Program-made: the position numbers and the translations under genes
The notes under the pieces: generated by a model
What the model saw: only the letters and a program-made list of their open reading frames with translations
The model's database searches: none
What the model was told of the DNA's origin: nothing
From: Crassostrea angulata
Lineage: Eukaryota
Assembly: GCF_025612915.1 (NCBI RefSeq)
Contig: NC_069116.1
Coordinates: forward strand, 24,707,051-24,771,050
Direction of reading: 5' to 3'
Length of the DNA stretch: 64,000 bases
Shown here: piece after piece, positions 25,405-38,377 of the stretch
Position numbering within the stretch: the stretch's first letter is position 1
How the letters are laid out: each line of letters opens with the position of its first letter

Positions 25405-27097
25405 ATTATTGCTACTTCGTCTTTACACTTTCGCCATCGCCTTTTAACGTGTCATTGTCGGTGTTAATGTGTATGAAGCTCTTTATTGTTTACAGATAAT
25501 TTTAGCTATAAAAATCGTTATGATTCAAGCATGTACGTTTCATATTGCCTTGGTTACTTTAGGGGGTCGTTGATAGCACTGATGACAATATCAAGCTTAT
25601 TAGATATTGTTGAGTCGCTTCACGATTCGTTTGTGAGGTTCCTGATGCCACTTTTGTATGGCTGGTGGGGTTTTGTGGGATTTTTATGCTTGAAAATTAA
25701 ATTTCTTAACAACATGACCAACATTGATAATGATCAAATTGGTCAATTTTTTTATTATATCTTGATTTTTTGGGATTCAGTACTTCCGCGTTGGATTGTC
25801 TTAACATTTAATAATTGAATTTTTGAAATTCTTAATTAAATAAACATAATTTCCCAAATTTGAGAAATTACAATCATTTTTTCTCTGTCGCCACAAATAA
25901 GTAAATATTTTCATTGATACATCGATGCAGTTAATTGAATCTTGAAAGTAAGCTAGAAAACTTTTCACTACAAGTATTTATGTTTGAATTTTAAAAATCA
26001 CAGGGAGAAAGTGTAGGTTGGTCTCATATCTCTCATTCTCATAAATATCAGTGCATTTATTGTAATGACGACACAACAGCTTGAATGATAGAGCCATTTT
26101 AACATTTAGGCTAAGATGACGCAATCTATGCGTATTTTACTCGAAAACAGCGCCAATAATCATGCTGCAACGTCGTCTACGGCCATTTTAAATGTTTTTT
26201 ATTATTTATATATTTTTTTGGTATCAAGTTTAACCAATTACACCCAAGATAAATTCCAAAAATGGTATTAAGATGTAAGTAGAAGTCGTCGTTCTAGATC
26301 AATTTTAAGACTTGACACAATACTAGCATAAGCATGTCGTTATATACATACACAGCAGTAATATGTTATCGCCATCTTAAATTTTTTTTTAACTCATAGA
26401 AATAATAAATGGCTCTAATATCGATCGAAAATCTCAAACAGATAACAGTCCTGTGTTCGGGTTTTGTTTCCCGTTGGTTTTCACCCGAAAGTGTCATCAG
26501 GATTTCGATGATTATCTCACTGAGCATACCTTGGCCTGCTTATACAAAGTGTAATTTACTTTCAATCTAAAGTTAAAAATCATTACATTACATAATTTTG
26601 CATGTAATAATTTTAAACTTTAGATTTAAAATTATTGAAGGACAAAGGAGCGGATATTTGTAGGTTGTGCCTGTTATCCAATCCCTATTGAAAATATTCA
26701 ATAAAATACGTTAAAAATCAATCCGGAATGTGAATCTGTGGCGAGTTTCACTACATCTTATTGACGTGTTCGATCGTAAAAATAAAGATAAATACTGAAT
26801 GTTTGGAAAGGGTAGGAGTTCTAATGCTAAATATTTACTTGACAAATAAAGCAAGACTTTATCTACTAATGGTAATATATATTTTTTAATTAATTGACCA
26901 GAATGTACAGGAATTAAAAATGGACTTTTTTAAAGCTCCTATAATTTATTTTTGATAATGGTACATTTTCTTGAGATTGTGATTCTTTATAAAATATTTA
27001 CATCCATCGAGTTTAATTCCCTCTATTTCTTATGGAACTTAATTCATAACTTTATAGAAATATAAAATCAGCCAGGTTGAAATATGTATACACGCCC

Positions 27098-27455
27098 CGT
27101 TTATTGATTGGTCGAAACCTATACAGCGACCTAAGAAAAATCAGACTGCACGAAATGATCATGATAATGTCAGTCTAAAATTCCCATATGAGACGATTTG
27201 GCCGGGGTTTTTTTGGCTAACGTACTGATGTAAATTAACAACAATTTGGTAAATTTTTCTGACCTTTTTACGATCGATTTATTAATTTGTTAAAAGAAAA
27301 ATGCAAATATAAACAATAAAATGCTTTCTTTGATGATTCATGCGGGTTATGAAGGTAGCTATCATTGCAGAAAAAGTGTATTTTTTCTGCTATGTCGCCA
27401 TCTTCATATCCCGCATAAATCACCAGCGAAAGAATTTTTTTGTTTAAATAATAAA
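27098..27455 (+). repeat. Roughly 400-bp dispersed repeat (family B, copy 2)
   Basis: Collinear with 15768-16155 and 53185-53480. Confidence 0.6.
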
Positions 27456-27938
27456 CGGACTTAATAACAAAAAAACACAACTATATTGCAATAAAAAAGA
27501 CTTTGAGTGATACATCTATGCAGTGTAAATTGATAGCGTTTTACAAAAATATAAAAGAAACTTTAACAAATATTTGAAATTTTAAACAATATGAAAATTA
27601 TGAAAACTGGTTTATGTGAGTGTATGTCGAAAAACTTGTACAATATTCATTTTTTACCCCCCAAAAATGCATACATGTACCTTTGAATCGTAACAGCAAT
27701 ACCCCACCCCCTTTTTTTTTCTTTCGAATGCAAGTACCACTTACAATGACACTTGTGATAAGGACAATAATCGATAATTGTTATAAACCACCATGACGTA
27801 AACATCTAAATATAAGTGAGATTTTCAAAAAAGTATTTATTATTCAAAACTGGTACTATCCATAATTTAAGTAATTGCTGAAACACGACCTCTCCCTAAC
27901 CAACATTGCACAGCGTTTAAACTGTTCGTCGTCTGGTG

Positions 27939-29144
27939 TCATCTTCTCCATAAGACATCGTTTGGCCACGAGAGTCTCTGGTTCAGAGGTAATGGCTGCC
28001 GGGCTAGTACCGGTCGGGTCGGTGTGAATCCATGCCGACTTAAAAAATCAATGATTTCCTGGCCCGCCGGACCCGTTTTGAGCCACATCCATTCCATTAA
28101 CACAGCTCTAACGTCGACGTTTTTGAAGAACTTCTGTCCTCCTTTAAACACCCTGTTCTCATATCCTTCCACGTCCATTTTTATAATTACTTTTTTCAAA
28201 TCAAAACCCGGAAGTTCGAGGAGGTCGTCTAGAGTTGCAGTTTGAACATCGCCATAGCTACCGGAAACACGACTTCCTCTGACTTTGTTTGGGTTTTTGT
28301 CTTTTGCCACAAACGTCCCTCCAATATTGCCTTTATCTACGCCAAGGGACACAACCTCACGGACATCAGACAGAGCATTATATACTAACTGCACATTATC
28401 AAAACGATTTGTTTGTACTGTTGCACACATGCGCTGAATGTTTATAGATAAAGCATCAACTGATACGACTTTCCTGCCGAATTTAGCCACCGCCATTGAA
28501 TATACACCGAGATTGGCACCAAGATCTAAGAACTGCAAGTCTAGATCTTGTCTAAGAAAGGTTAGGACTAGTTCTATGTAACCCCCTTCCCAGGAACCAT
28601 GTTTGTGAATACTATTACTAACGTGAATGTCATTCTTTGGGTTATGAATGAAGATTGGGAGTGACCCAGCCGAAGTTCGAAGAACAGCCTGCATAAATTT
28701 AGGCAGAGCTTTACAAGTGTGATCGTCCCTGGTCCATTGCTGAGCGTTCCTTGCGTACAATCGAAGTATTTGTGGAGCTGGTGTTGTGATAGCCTTTGTT
28801 ATTAGAGAGTTTTGGGTAGAATTTCTAATCGCTGCTTTGATTTTCTGGGCGACAGGTTTTTCAGTTGAAAAACTCCCGTTTCGATTTCCTTTAAATGAAG
28901 TTCCAACACCTTTTTCAGTATTTGGGACACTGGTACTTAATCTTAATTTTGAAACGCTTGTATTTAAATTTTGCTTAGTTTCTTCAGATGTCCCTCCTTT
29001 GAATATTCGGATTCCAGCATTCAATATCGTCTGACCGTGGTGTAACACATTAATATTAGTCTCCTTTTCAATATTGCACAAAAACCATCCAAATGTAAAA
29101 GCACAAATCATCAAAAAGGCTTTCCAGAATTTATCCAATTCCAT
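27939..29144 (-). CDS. FkbM-family (Methyltransf_21) SAM-dependent methyltransferase-domain protein, METTL24-like, type II membrane topology (paralog A, 401 aa)
   Basis: Uninterrupted ORF with an ATG start. The N-terminal hydrophobic anchor is MELDKFWKAFLMICAFTFGWFLCNI. Glycine-rich SAM motif I is IDLGANLGVYSMAVA…VVSVD, and the FkbM signature is KMDVEGYENRVFKGG. It is paralogous to the ORFs at 35913 and 38378. Confidence 0.75.
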   Translation of the reverse strand: MELDKFWKAFLMICAFTFGWFLCNIEKETNINVLHHGQTILNAGIRIFKGGTSEETKQNLNTSVSKLRLSTSVPNTEKGVGTSFKGNRNGSFSTEKPVAQKIKAAIRNSTQNSLITKAITTPAPQILRLYARNAQQWTRDDHTCKALPKFMQAVLRTSAGSLPIFIHNPKNDIHVSNSIHKHGSWEGGYIELVLTFLRQDLDLQFLDLGANLGVYSMAVAKFGRKVVSVDALSINIQRMCATVQTNRFDNVQLVYNALSDVREVVSLGVDKGNIGGTFVAKDKNPNKVRGSRVSGSYGDVQTATLDDLLELPGFDLKKVIIKMDVEGYENRVFKGGQKFFKNVDVRAVLMEWMWLKTGPAGQEIIDFLSRHGFTPTRPVLARQPLPLNQRLSWPNDVLWRR

Positions 29145-30138
29145 TCTATAGAAGCTTCAAGTAACTAATTAACTGACCTAATAAGTTGCAGTTTTAACTT
29201 AGAATTAATTAGATTTCCCAATCGACTTAATCCGAATTGAAACATAATTGAATAGACACACGGCACAACGATTTCATAGTTAAAATGCTGAAGAGATTAA
29301 GTGTGAAAATATCCACTTCCTTGTTAATGTAAAATAGGATACATAGATTTTTCCTTCCAATGATGGCATTTCCGGACGCTTCTTTTTGAAAGAAGACAAG
29401 TGTATTAATGAGGAACACTTGATCACAAAAGAAACTAAACTAAACACAAGGCCACTTACATCGACTAAAAATCCTACAGGGTTAAAATGGATTTAAATCC
29501 CCAGTCATGCTCCGACTTGATTATATATTAACCCTCATTGACCAATCTCTCAAACCTTCTGCCAGTATACCCTTTAAAGCATTCTCCGTTAATTATTATT
29601 GACCCATGCGCTCTTTTCTATGTACAGTCCCATTGTGCCAAACAATAGCGGGGATTATATCAATAGGTATCTACCTGTTGTGTAGCAATTAGATGCCAGC
29701 TAGTTGTATTTGCTATCAACAACTTTCCAAGTATGAACAATTCAATTTCTATCGATTTTTTTTTTACTTTCTGATGATATTTGTCAATTGTTTTTACTTA
29801 TTTTGGAAGCCCTACTCAACATTTTTAAGAGCGAGAAGGTTAGAATAGGTTGTTGCCTGCTGCTGAATCCTATTCAATTTTAAATATAAGTGTAAAATCA
29901 TTTCACTGCTTGGTTTTTTACTTTTCGAAAAACCTTAACCCGTAAATGTGTTGTGTGTGTTTATTTTCTTAAGAATTATTCAATCGTAATCTGGTAATAT
30001 ATAGATCTATAAAATAAAAATCTCGAATAAGGTCTTCATCAAATCGTAGAATTGATTTATATCAATTTTCCTGATGTAATAGATATCCATTCATGAAATG
30101 AAAAGAGAAGAACATGATTTGATTTGTACATATTTTTT

Positions 30139-30304
30139 TGTGTAAATTACACAAGTGGATTGGAAACAAGTTCTTACAACTTACATGTCCCTCTCCTAAT
30201 GATAATATATATACAGTTGTCATGGTATATATTAAGCTTATCATTAGGAGAGGGACATGTAAGTTGTAAGAAGTTGTTTCCAATCCTCTTGTGTAATTTA
30301 CACA
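30139..30304. repeat. Long inverted repeat / foldback (about 66-bp arms, about 34-bp spacer)
   Basis: tgtgtaaattacacaagtggattggaaacaagttcttacaacttacatgtccctctcctaatgataa … ttatcattaggagagggacatgtaagttgtaagaagttgtttccaatcctcttgtgtaatttacaca. This explains the mirror-image ORFs 30062-30283 (-) and 30124-30357 (+). Confidence 0.8.
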
Positions 30305-30856
30305 ATGAAGAAGAACATGAATTTTTGATAGCTGATTTTAAGGTTTTCAGTAAATAAACAACATTGAATGATTTATCTGTTTATAAATGCGGATAGCTAG
30401 GTAACAATGAAAATGAAATGAACCAAATTAAAATGCCTGATAACATGAGAAGCCAGGCATTTTGCATCTTGAACTTTTCTGAAGAGTTATCTTATTATAT
30501 TATTCTAAAAACTATACCTTTTCATTTCACTTTTTGCTCGTGTGATTTTGAAATAACGTTTAGAGTATACACTCAATGAAATTAAAAATATAATTATTTT
30601 CAAGTGTTTTAAAGACAACATTCGTTTATCAAAAAAGCCCTTATACTTGAGCCTATGTAAAAAGTAGTTAAGAATTTCAGTTTGATTTCTTGTTAGAGTG
30701 TTAAATTACCATGCTTACTTACGAAATTTTCCATTTGAATGGCTTTCCTGGTTTGTCAACTTGACTTTGTCAATATCACTTTCGGGTACGATTACTCTGT
30801 AAAAAGAGAAATAACTCTCACCAAACTAAATTACTAATGTTAAACCAGTGTCACAG

Positions 30857-30969
<113 letters not shown>

Positions 30970-32185
30970 CGGTTCATATAAACATTTTGCATATTTGTTT
31001 TTCTTGTCGAAAGATATTATTTAATAAACCCAAACAAATATTTTAAAATTGAAAGTAAATATCTCTTCCGGGAGGTAACAGAGTCTGCAATTATTATCAT
31101 TCTTTACATCCTTCCGAAGTGAAACGTCCTCCCTTTTTCAAATATATTTTTTCTACCTTTCTTTTGGAAAAAAAATTGCATTATTGTATTGTATTGTTTA
31201 TTGGTCAACAGCTATACAGCTCACAGCCATACACATGAGAATTGATATTAACATTAATATAATTGTAAACGGAAAAAGGAAACTTCAGTTTATACATGGA
31301 GTTTTCTGATGACAAAATAATTCTAAATATATTTACCTAAAATGCACAATTCTTAAACATTTTGTGAAGACAATGGGGGGGGGGGGCACAGTGATAAATT
31401 TCAACAGTTTAGGGTCCATAGGGTGAATTACATGACATTTTATTTCGTTGATTTTTCTCCGTCTAACAGGTTATCCATATACATGTCCTTTTTTTTACTT
31501 TGTTAATAATGGATTTTATTTTATTTCAGAAAGTCTAGATTTGGAATGAGTAGGTATTAACAGTTGTCCAATATCATTATGGTTTGTGGGCCAGAAGTTT
31601 CGACTAAACTTATCAATATCAAGTTTTATTAAAATAAAAACCAAACAGTTAGAAAGCAGGTCAAACTTTTGTATAAATGAGGAGAAGCTATTAAATTGTG
31701 CAATTGCTTCACTAATTTTATAAACTGCCTTTTTGACACAGTAAGTATGTAACTAATTGTTTATTATAGCTACGTTGTGCCTATACAATATGTAATACAT
31801 AGTATATGTCTAGAAAAATCGTAATTTGCACCCGGCCCCTTGGACCTTTAAGTCACTTCATATATACAACTGCAACTTGAATCGTTAATGCATGAATGAT
31901 TCAAATTTATATAACATTAACTCTTAACATCGATAAGTTACATTTCTGATATACAATATTTTAACACATTCACTTTTGAATACTAGTATTATTTTTTCCT
32001 GAGTTGGTAAGCAGAGTTTATGAATCTAACAGTTTATAATTGGCACATAACTGAAAAAACTGACTGGCAATTAATATGTACATGTACATTGTAGCATTGC
32101 ATCATGCACATGTACATTGTACATTGTAATATTGCATCATTGTTCTCATGTACCATATGTTAAAATGGTGTGGAAAGAACAAATG

Positions 32186-33302
32186 AGCGCTCCTTTAATT
32201 ACAATACGCTTATAGCACTCCTTTACGATACACTTATAGCACTCCTTTACAATACACTTATAGCGCTCCTTTACGATTTGCTTTTAGCACTCCTTTACGA
32301 TACACTTGTAGCGCTCCTTTACGATACATTAATAGTGCATCTTTACGATACACTTATAGCGCTCCTTTACGATACACTTACAATGCTCCTTTACTATACG
32401 CTTATAGCGCTCCTTTACGATACACTTATAGTGCTCCTTTACGAAACGCTTATAGCACTCCTTTACGATACGCTTATAGAGCTCATTTACGATACATTTA
32501 TAGTGCTTCTTTACGATACACTTATAGCGCTCCTTTACGATACTCTTACAGCACTCCTTTACGATACGCTTATAGCACTCCTTTACGATATATTTATAGT
32601 GCTTATTTACGATACACTTATAGCAATCCTTTACGATACACTTATAGCACCTCTTTACCATACACTTATAGCACTCCTTTACGATACGCTTATAGCACAG
32701 CCACTCCTTTACGATACGCTCATAGCACTCCTTTACGATAGGCTTATAGCGCTCCTTTACGATACGCTTTTAGCTTTCCTTTACGATACCCTTATAGCAC
32801 TCCTTTACGATACTCTTATAGCACTCCTTTAAGATACGCTAATAGCGCTCCTTTACGATACGCTTATAGCACTCCTTCACGATACACTTATAGCGCTCCT
32901 TTATGATACACTAATAGTGCTTCTTTACGATACACTTATAGCGCTCCTTTACGATACACTTATAATGCTCCTTTACGATACGCTTACAGTGCTTCTTTAC
33001 GGTACGCTTATAACACTCCTTTACGGTACGTTTATAGCACTCCTTTACGATACACTTATAGCGCTCCTTTACGATACGCTTATAGCGCTCCTTTACGATA
33101 CATTTATAGTGCTCCTTTACGATACACTTATAGAGCTCCTTTTCGATACACTTATAGCGCTCCTTTACAATACTCTTATAGCGCTCCTTTACGATACACT
33201 TATAGCACTCCTTTACGATACACTTATAGAGCTCCTTTACGATACACTTATAGCGCTCCTTTACAATACTCTTATAGCGCTCCTTTACGATACGCTTATA
33301 GC
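32186..33302. repeat. 24-bp minisatellite, about 46 units over about 1.1 kb (consensus GCACTCCTTTACGATACACTTATA)
   Basis: Strict 24-bp periodicity with point variants. A unit length divisible by 3 with no stop codons creates artefactual ORFs on both strands (TLIALLYD…, CIVKERYK…). Confidence 0.9.
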
Positions 33303-35912
33303 CTAGTGTACTGTATAGGAGCGGTTTTACGAGTCTAATTTTAATCAGATTGAGAGAAAATAAAATTTGAATCTTAAAGTGTTTATACAATTTTATTTTA
33401 ATTTCAGTCACTTTCAATAAATTCAGAATAGATTGATTTCTCTGGGTTTTTTTGTTTTTTATTTACTCAAAGAATACCCTCGCTACTTTTTTTTATCTCA
33501 AAAAAGTAAACATTTATTAAATTTGATCTACAAAATACAAAAACGTACATTTATGTAGAGGGTTTATTCGACCCAAGTAATACAAGAATGGAGATTAATT
33601 GACTGTGTCAAATTTTTATAATACAAGACAATTCTTTTTTTAAAAAAAAGTTATAAATAAAGCTAACACCCAAATACACCCACAAATCGGTGTCTTTTTT
33701 TCTACAGATTTGGAACAGTTGGTGTGAATAAAAAATAATTTTTGTTGAGTTTTACAGAACATGCAAAGCGTATGTAACAGGAAAGAAGAAAAAAGGAATT
33801 AGGAAAAACAAACCTAAATATATGGTTTTGTCTTCCATATGCTCAGAGTTCGAACGAATCGTTTTAAATAACAAAATTTTTGAAAAAATAAGTTACATAT
33901 ATGAAAGTGGGTTTATTCTTTATTAGTCAGAACACTTTTGAAAGCTAATTTCACGTTAATTGTACGTTATAGTTGGCGAACGCCAAAATACTTCAATTAA
34001 TATAAACCCTCTAAACATCGTTAAAGGGGAGTTTTGGGAAATATTGTTTTAAAAAAGAAAAGCCCAACATAAGTCTTCTTTTCAACTACAAGACACATAT
34101 ATAGTATATAAGTCTTGACAATTGTGCGTCAAATCCGGAATCGAGTATTATACTCTCTTTTCCACATTTATATTTATGTAAAAATGATTCAATTCAAAAA
34201 ATAAACAGATAAGCTTGTTACTGAATATAGAATTGAATCCCGATTTTTAAACGCTCACAGATTATAAATAAAATAGTTATTTACATTTCACGTAAGATAT
34301 TTCTTACGTCTTAGACCTTGTGATAAAATATGATAACTAAAAAATTTGTCCGCTCTGAATGTAGTCTCGTAATAAAATCAAAACCAGATTAGCATTCACC
34401 GATATATAATGTTTACGCAATTATAATTTTTCATAAACTAAGATCTACTTATTTATGAAAACATGATTGTTCTAATATATATAAATTAAGTAGCTTACAA
34501 AATAGTTATTAAGTAGAATTGTAAATGTTTTTAATAAACATGCATGTAAAAATTGCCATGAGCTACCATTGAACAACCGCAAAACAATATAATTCGTAAA
34601 ACTACATGTATTAACATTACTCATAACCTTAAAACACTTACAATTTCATCGCCATGCTTGAAATAATTTATAAACACACGCACTTGTAAATTTATATGTA
34701 GCAACCATGCTACATCATATGATAAAAATCATACTTCAACCCAATATACTTAAAACTTTAAAACTATGGTACATAATAAGTTGGTGAAATCATTCTCTGA
34801 CATAAAGACCCAAAGAGTCGCTGCTTACACCCCGGGTCGGTTTCCGTTAAGCAAAGCGGATGGGTGAGAGTCACCGATTCCCCCTGGATGGGACACCAGT
34901 CCTTCGCAGGTTAACTCCCGGCGTAAGCCGTTCCCCAATTTCAGTTGGGTGGACTGAGCCAATGCAGAAAAAGTGCCTTGTGTAAGTGCACAACACACAG
35001 CATCAAGGGACCACAACAGGACTTGAACCAGCGATCGTTGGGTTTAACACCTATGCCCACTGAGATCTGTTCTCATATATAACACTGATGCTATTAGTTC
35101 GGATTGCTGAAAATCGGATGCCTGCATTGCAACTAACTCTGATCCCTCTTTAAATTGCTGATGTCGTCTGCAGTGATTATTTTCTGATGTTAATATCATT
35201 ATGACATTTATACAATTGAGGTAAGTTAAACACACTGCAGCCTAAATCCAGCAGCTTAATAACAAACTCGGCCATTTACGTCGACAAAAAGCTGAAATAA
35301 CAGAAAACTTCCTATTCTAATGAAATTGTCAAACTATTTGCAACATATACATGTAAGTACATTGGGTTTGTGTAAAAAAAATCAGCCACAGCACCAACTT
35401 TTTTAAAGTTTAAAGTGAATTTAAAAATATGCTTACACAGTATCTGATTTGACTAGCATTATTCATTGCACCAATATCTAATGGAAGAGAACTTGAACTT
35501 CTAATCTTGGGGTCAATGCTTTCTCGATGACTTGAATTATGGCTCGTTTGTTGACAAAAATGCGATGGTAAATATATATGGAACCAGAACCCAGGTATTC
35601 TATGCATAATATCCTTATCAAATCTATCCAAAAACAAATATTACATGTTCTTGGTTTTATACTTAATAACTTTTGCCCAAAAATTTGGTGCTTAACTTGG
35701 TGATCGTTTTAATACTACAATGTGGTTGTAAATCAAAAACAAATATTTACAATCTCAAGCTTGGTTATTTAGAGATGTGATGTCAAGTGATAGTCTTGAC
35801 GAGATATAACCACAGGTAATTAAGCTGCTTTTCCAAAAAAAGTCAATAAACTTAACTTAAACAACAGAACCTTCGGCGTAAGGGAATGTGAAAGACCCTA
35901 AAGACAAGTCTA

Positions 35913-36920
35913 TCAATTTTTTTTGCGCCATAATACATCATTTGGCCAAAATTCTCGCTGATTAATAGGCAAAACACGCCTATCCGTAGGAACAGTTGCT
36001 TCATAATTATGACGTTTAAAAAATTCTACGATTTCTTGACCTGCAGGGCCGGTTTTTAGCCACATCCACTCCATGAGCACCGCTGTCACATCGACACGTT
36101 CAAAGAATTTATTGCCACTCTTAAACACTCTATTCTCGTACCCTTCCACGTCTATTTTCATAACAGCTTTTTTCACCGAGAATCCCGGAAGTTCCAAGAT
36201 GTCGTCAAGCATCGCCGTCTGCACGGACCCGTAGCTGCCCCCGACGTCACTTCCTCTAACTTTATTCGGATTCTTGTCTTTGGCAACAAATGTTCCACCA
36301 ACGTTTCCTTTATCTTTACCAAGACTTACCACTTCTCGGACATCTGACAAAGCATTATGGACCAGTTTTATGTTCTTTGTAAAGTTTCCCGCATAGATGG
36401 AAGCACACAATCTCTCCACATTCATAGCTAAAGCGTCCACTGCTATGACTTGTCTATTCATCTTTGCTATGGATAAAGCAAAAACCCCTATATTGGTACC
36501 GAGATCTATGAAGTGGAGATCAGGATCTTCTTTAAGAAGGTTAGAAATAAGATCAACAAATTGAGGCTCCCATCTTCCATCTCGTATTAAACTTCCACTT
36601 ACATGTTTATCTTCAGTGGAAGAGTAAACGAAAATAGGCGTGTCTCCAGCACTTGTGTGTAAAGTTGTTTTCAAAAACTTTGATGTATCTTTGCATGTTA
36701 TATTGCATGGATTCCATTTAGTTTCATCTCTGTGATAAATAAAGTATTCCTGAGACACCGGTTTTTTCGTCGTTATCGGAGCCTCTGTGTTTTTAAATAC
36801 CGGATCAAACATCGGAAAGAGTCTCTGTGCGTGAGGACATTGCTGGATAGCGAGCATCCATCCCACGATGAAGCAACAGAACCCCAAGCAGCCGATTTTG
36901 ACGGCCAAGTTGAATTTCAT
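35913..36920 (-). CDS. FkbM-family (Methyltransf_21) methyltransferase-domain protein, type II membrane topology (paralog B, 335 aa from ATG 36920)
   Basis: The listed ORF starts at a TTG. The first ATG (36920) gives MKFNLAVKIGCLGFCCFIVGWMLAI (signal anchor). Motifs are IDLGTNIGVFALSIAK…VIAVD and KIDVEGYENRVFKSG. A tttacatttacag acceptor lies 12 nt upstream of the ATG, suggesting a 5'UTR intron. Confidence 0.7.
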   Translation of the reverse strand: MKFNLAVKIGCLGFCCFIVGWMLAIQQCPHAQRLFPMFDPVFKNTEAPITTKKPVSQEYFIYHRDETKWNPCNITCKDTSKFLKTTLHTSAGDTPIFVYSSTEDKHVSGSLIRDGRWEPQFVDLISNLLKEDPDLHFIDLGTNIGVFALSIAKMNRQVIAVDALAMNVERLCASIYAGNFTKNIKLVHNALSDVREVVSLGKDKGNVGGTFVAKDKNPNKVRGSDVGGSYGSVQTAMLDDILELPGFSVKKAVMKIDVEGYENRVFKSGNKFFERVDVTAVLMEWMWLKTGPAGQEIVEFFKRHNYEATVPTDRRVLPINQREFWPNDVLWRKKN

Positions 36921-38377
36921 CGTGGGTGCGTTCTGTAAATGTAAACAAAACGTATTCTGACAAATACACAGTACTGCAAGGAGTCTCACCTGCCCGACAA
37001 CATAGATATGCTCCACGTGTAACGAAGCCTTATCAACACCGTTCGACAATTCATCGACTGGCCATAAGAAACGATCATATATTTAATGCAATCACAATTA
37101 AAAGTCTTACAAAAAGATTTACAGAAAATTGGTGTTGTTTATGCACAGGGTTTTTCGGGGTAACCAGTGCATAGAAAATATGTAATCTTACCGAATATAG
37201 ACATGTGTGGCGCTCTTTGCTATGGAGGGTATACGTTATCTCTGCTGATAAAGAAAACCACGTGGTTTCCGGTTGTCTAGCTGAAATAACTTTAGCAAAT
37301 AATCGGAAGAACAAAGGTATTTCCTTGATCCTGATTTTGATTGGTATCGTCTCTAATCGTACCAAATGTACACAGTAAAATCGTGTTTTTTTAGTGTCCG
37401 ATATCTTATGTGTAATCAAATAAGAGGAGGAAAGAGGCACTACTGCACGCCTTCAATATGTAGCGCTTTTGCAAACATCAGGCATTTTGAATATGATGTA
37501 CAACATTTAGTTAAAGTATATTTTTTTCAAAAAGGAAAATTTCACATTTACCATTTGAAAGGAGCCCTTGTATTGTATACGACATCATTAGAATAATCAG
37601 GTATTGTTAATGATATATAGGAAAATAGTTTACAGGTATGCAATAAAAAGTGGATTTTTGACTATTTGAACCAAAGAAATCCAACTAAAATTTTGCTCTA
37701 CAGGTTTAGTAGTACACTTTTACATTGAATTTATTGTTGGTTCAACTTGGTCTTTGTACTGAAAACTACGCATATTTTTCAATTAGTAGCTTTTCCAATA
37801 CAATCATGTATATACGCACAAATATCAAAAAGGCATTCTTTAGTGTTTTATCAGTGGCCAAGTGGTAATGCCTAGGTATTTTATTTTGCGGTCGCTTGAT
37901 CGATTAATATTTTTTTTCTTTTCACTTAAAGCATAATAAGAATAGAGTGATTAAATCTGCTGGATTTTTTCTTCAAATTTTCTTGTTTAATTCTTAGTAT
38001 ACGCATATCCAATATAAATAGATCTCTTCACTGACACCATAAATACACTAATAGTATTTACACTAATACATTCACTGCATAATGCCGGAAGTTATCACGG
38101 TTCAGATATCAAATGACTTTATTTCTCGATGAAGGTTTCCTGAATTTATAACAAAGCAATGATTACATACACCATTATAAAATAAATACCTATGTTTCGA
38201 AAATCATATTGCGACAGCTGTATTTATTTAAAGTAACAGTTACTTTCCGTTCAAACACGAGTGTAGGCGAAATAATGGGAAAATGTGCTTAACCTCTTAT
38301 TTTCTAACTATTTTAAAACTATTTTCTCTGATTATAATCCAAAATCAAAATCCTATCAAAAAGAACAATAAAATGGA

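Noticed and set aside
25486-25818. 110-aa ORF (MFTDNFSYKNRYD…) and 95-aa ORF 24939-25226 upstream of actin paralog 4
   Set aside because: There is no recognisable domain and no splice/promoter context. The AT-rich composition gives Phe/Leu/Ile-rich translations. They are probably non-coding promoter-distal DNA, but this could not be excluded without expression data.
32170-33417. Four long ORFs (220, 110, 168 and 129 aa) on both strands, reading TLIALLYD… / CIVKERYK…
   Set aside because: They lie entirely inside the 24-bp minisatellite. They are open only because the unit is stop-free and divisible by 3. They lack a start/stop context independent of the repeat and have no compositional complexity.
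36921-37049. N-terminal extension of the methyltransferase paralog B ORF (MSNGVDKASLHVEH…)
   Set aside because: The listed ORF begins at a TTG. The first ATG is at 36920, directly before the signal anchor. It is preceded by a strong acceptor (tttacatttacag), so the upstream part is intron/UTR.
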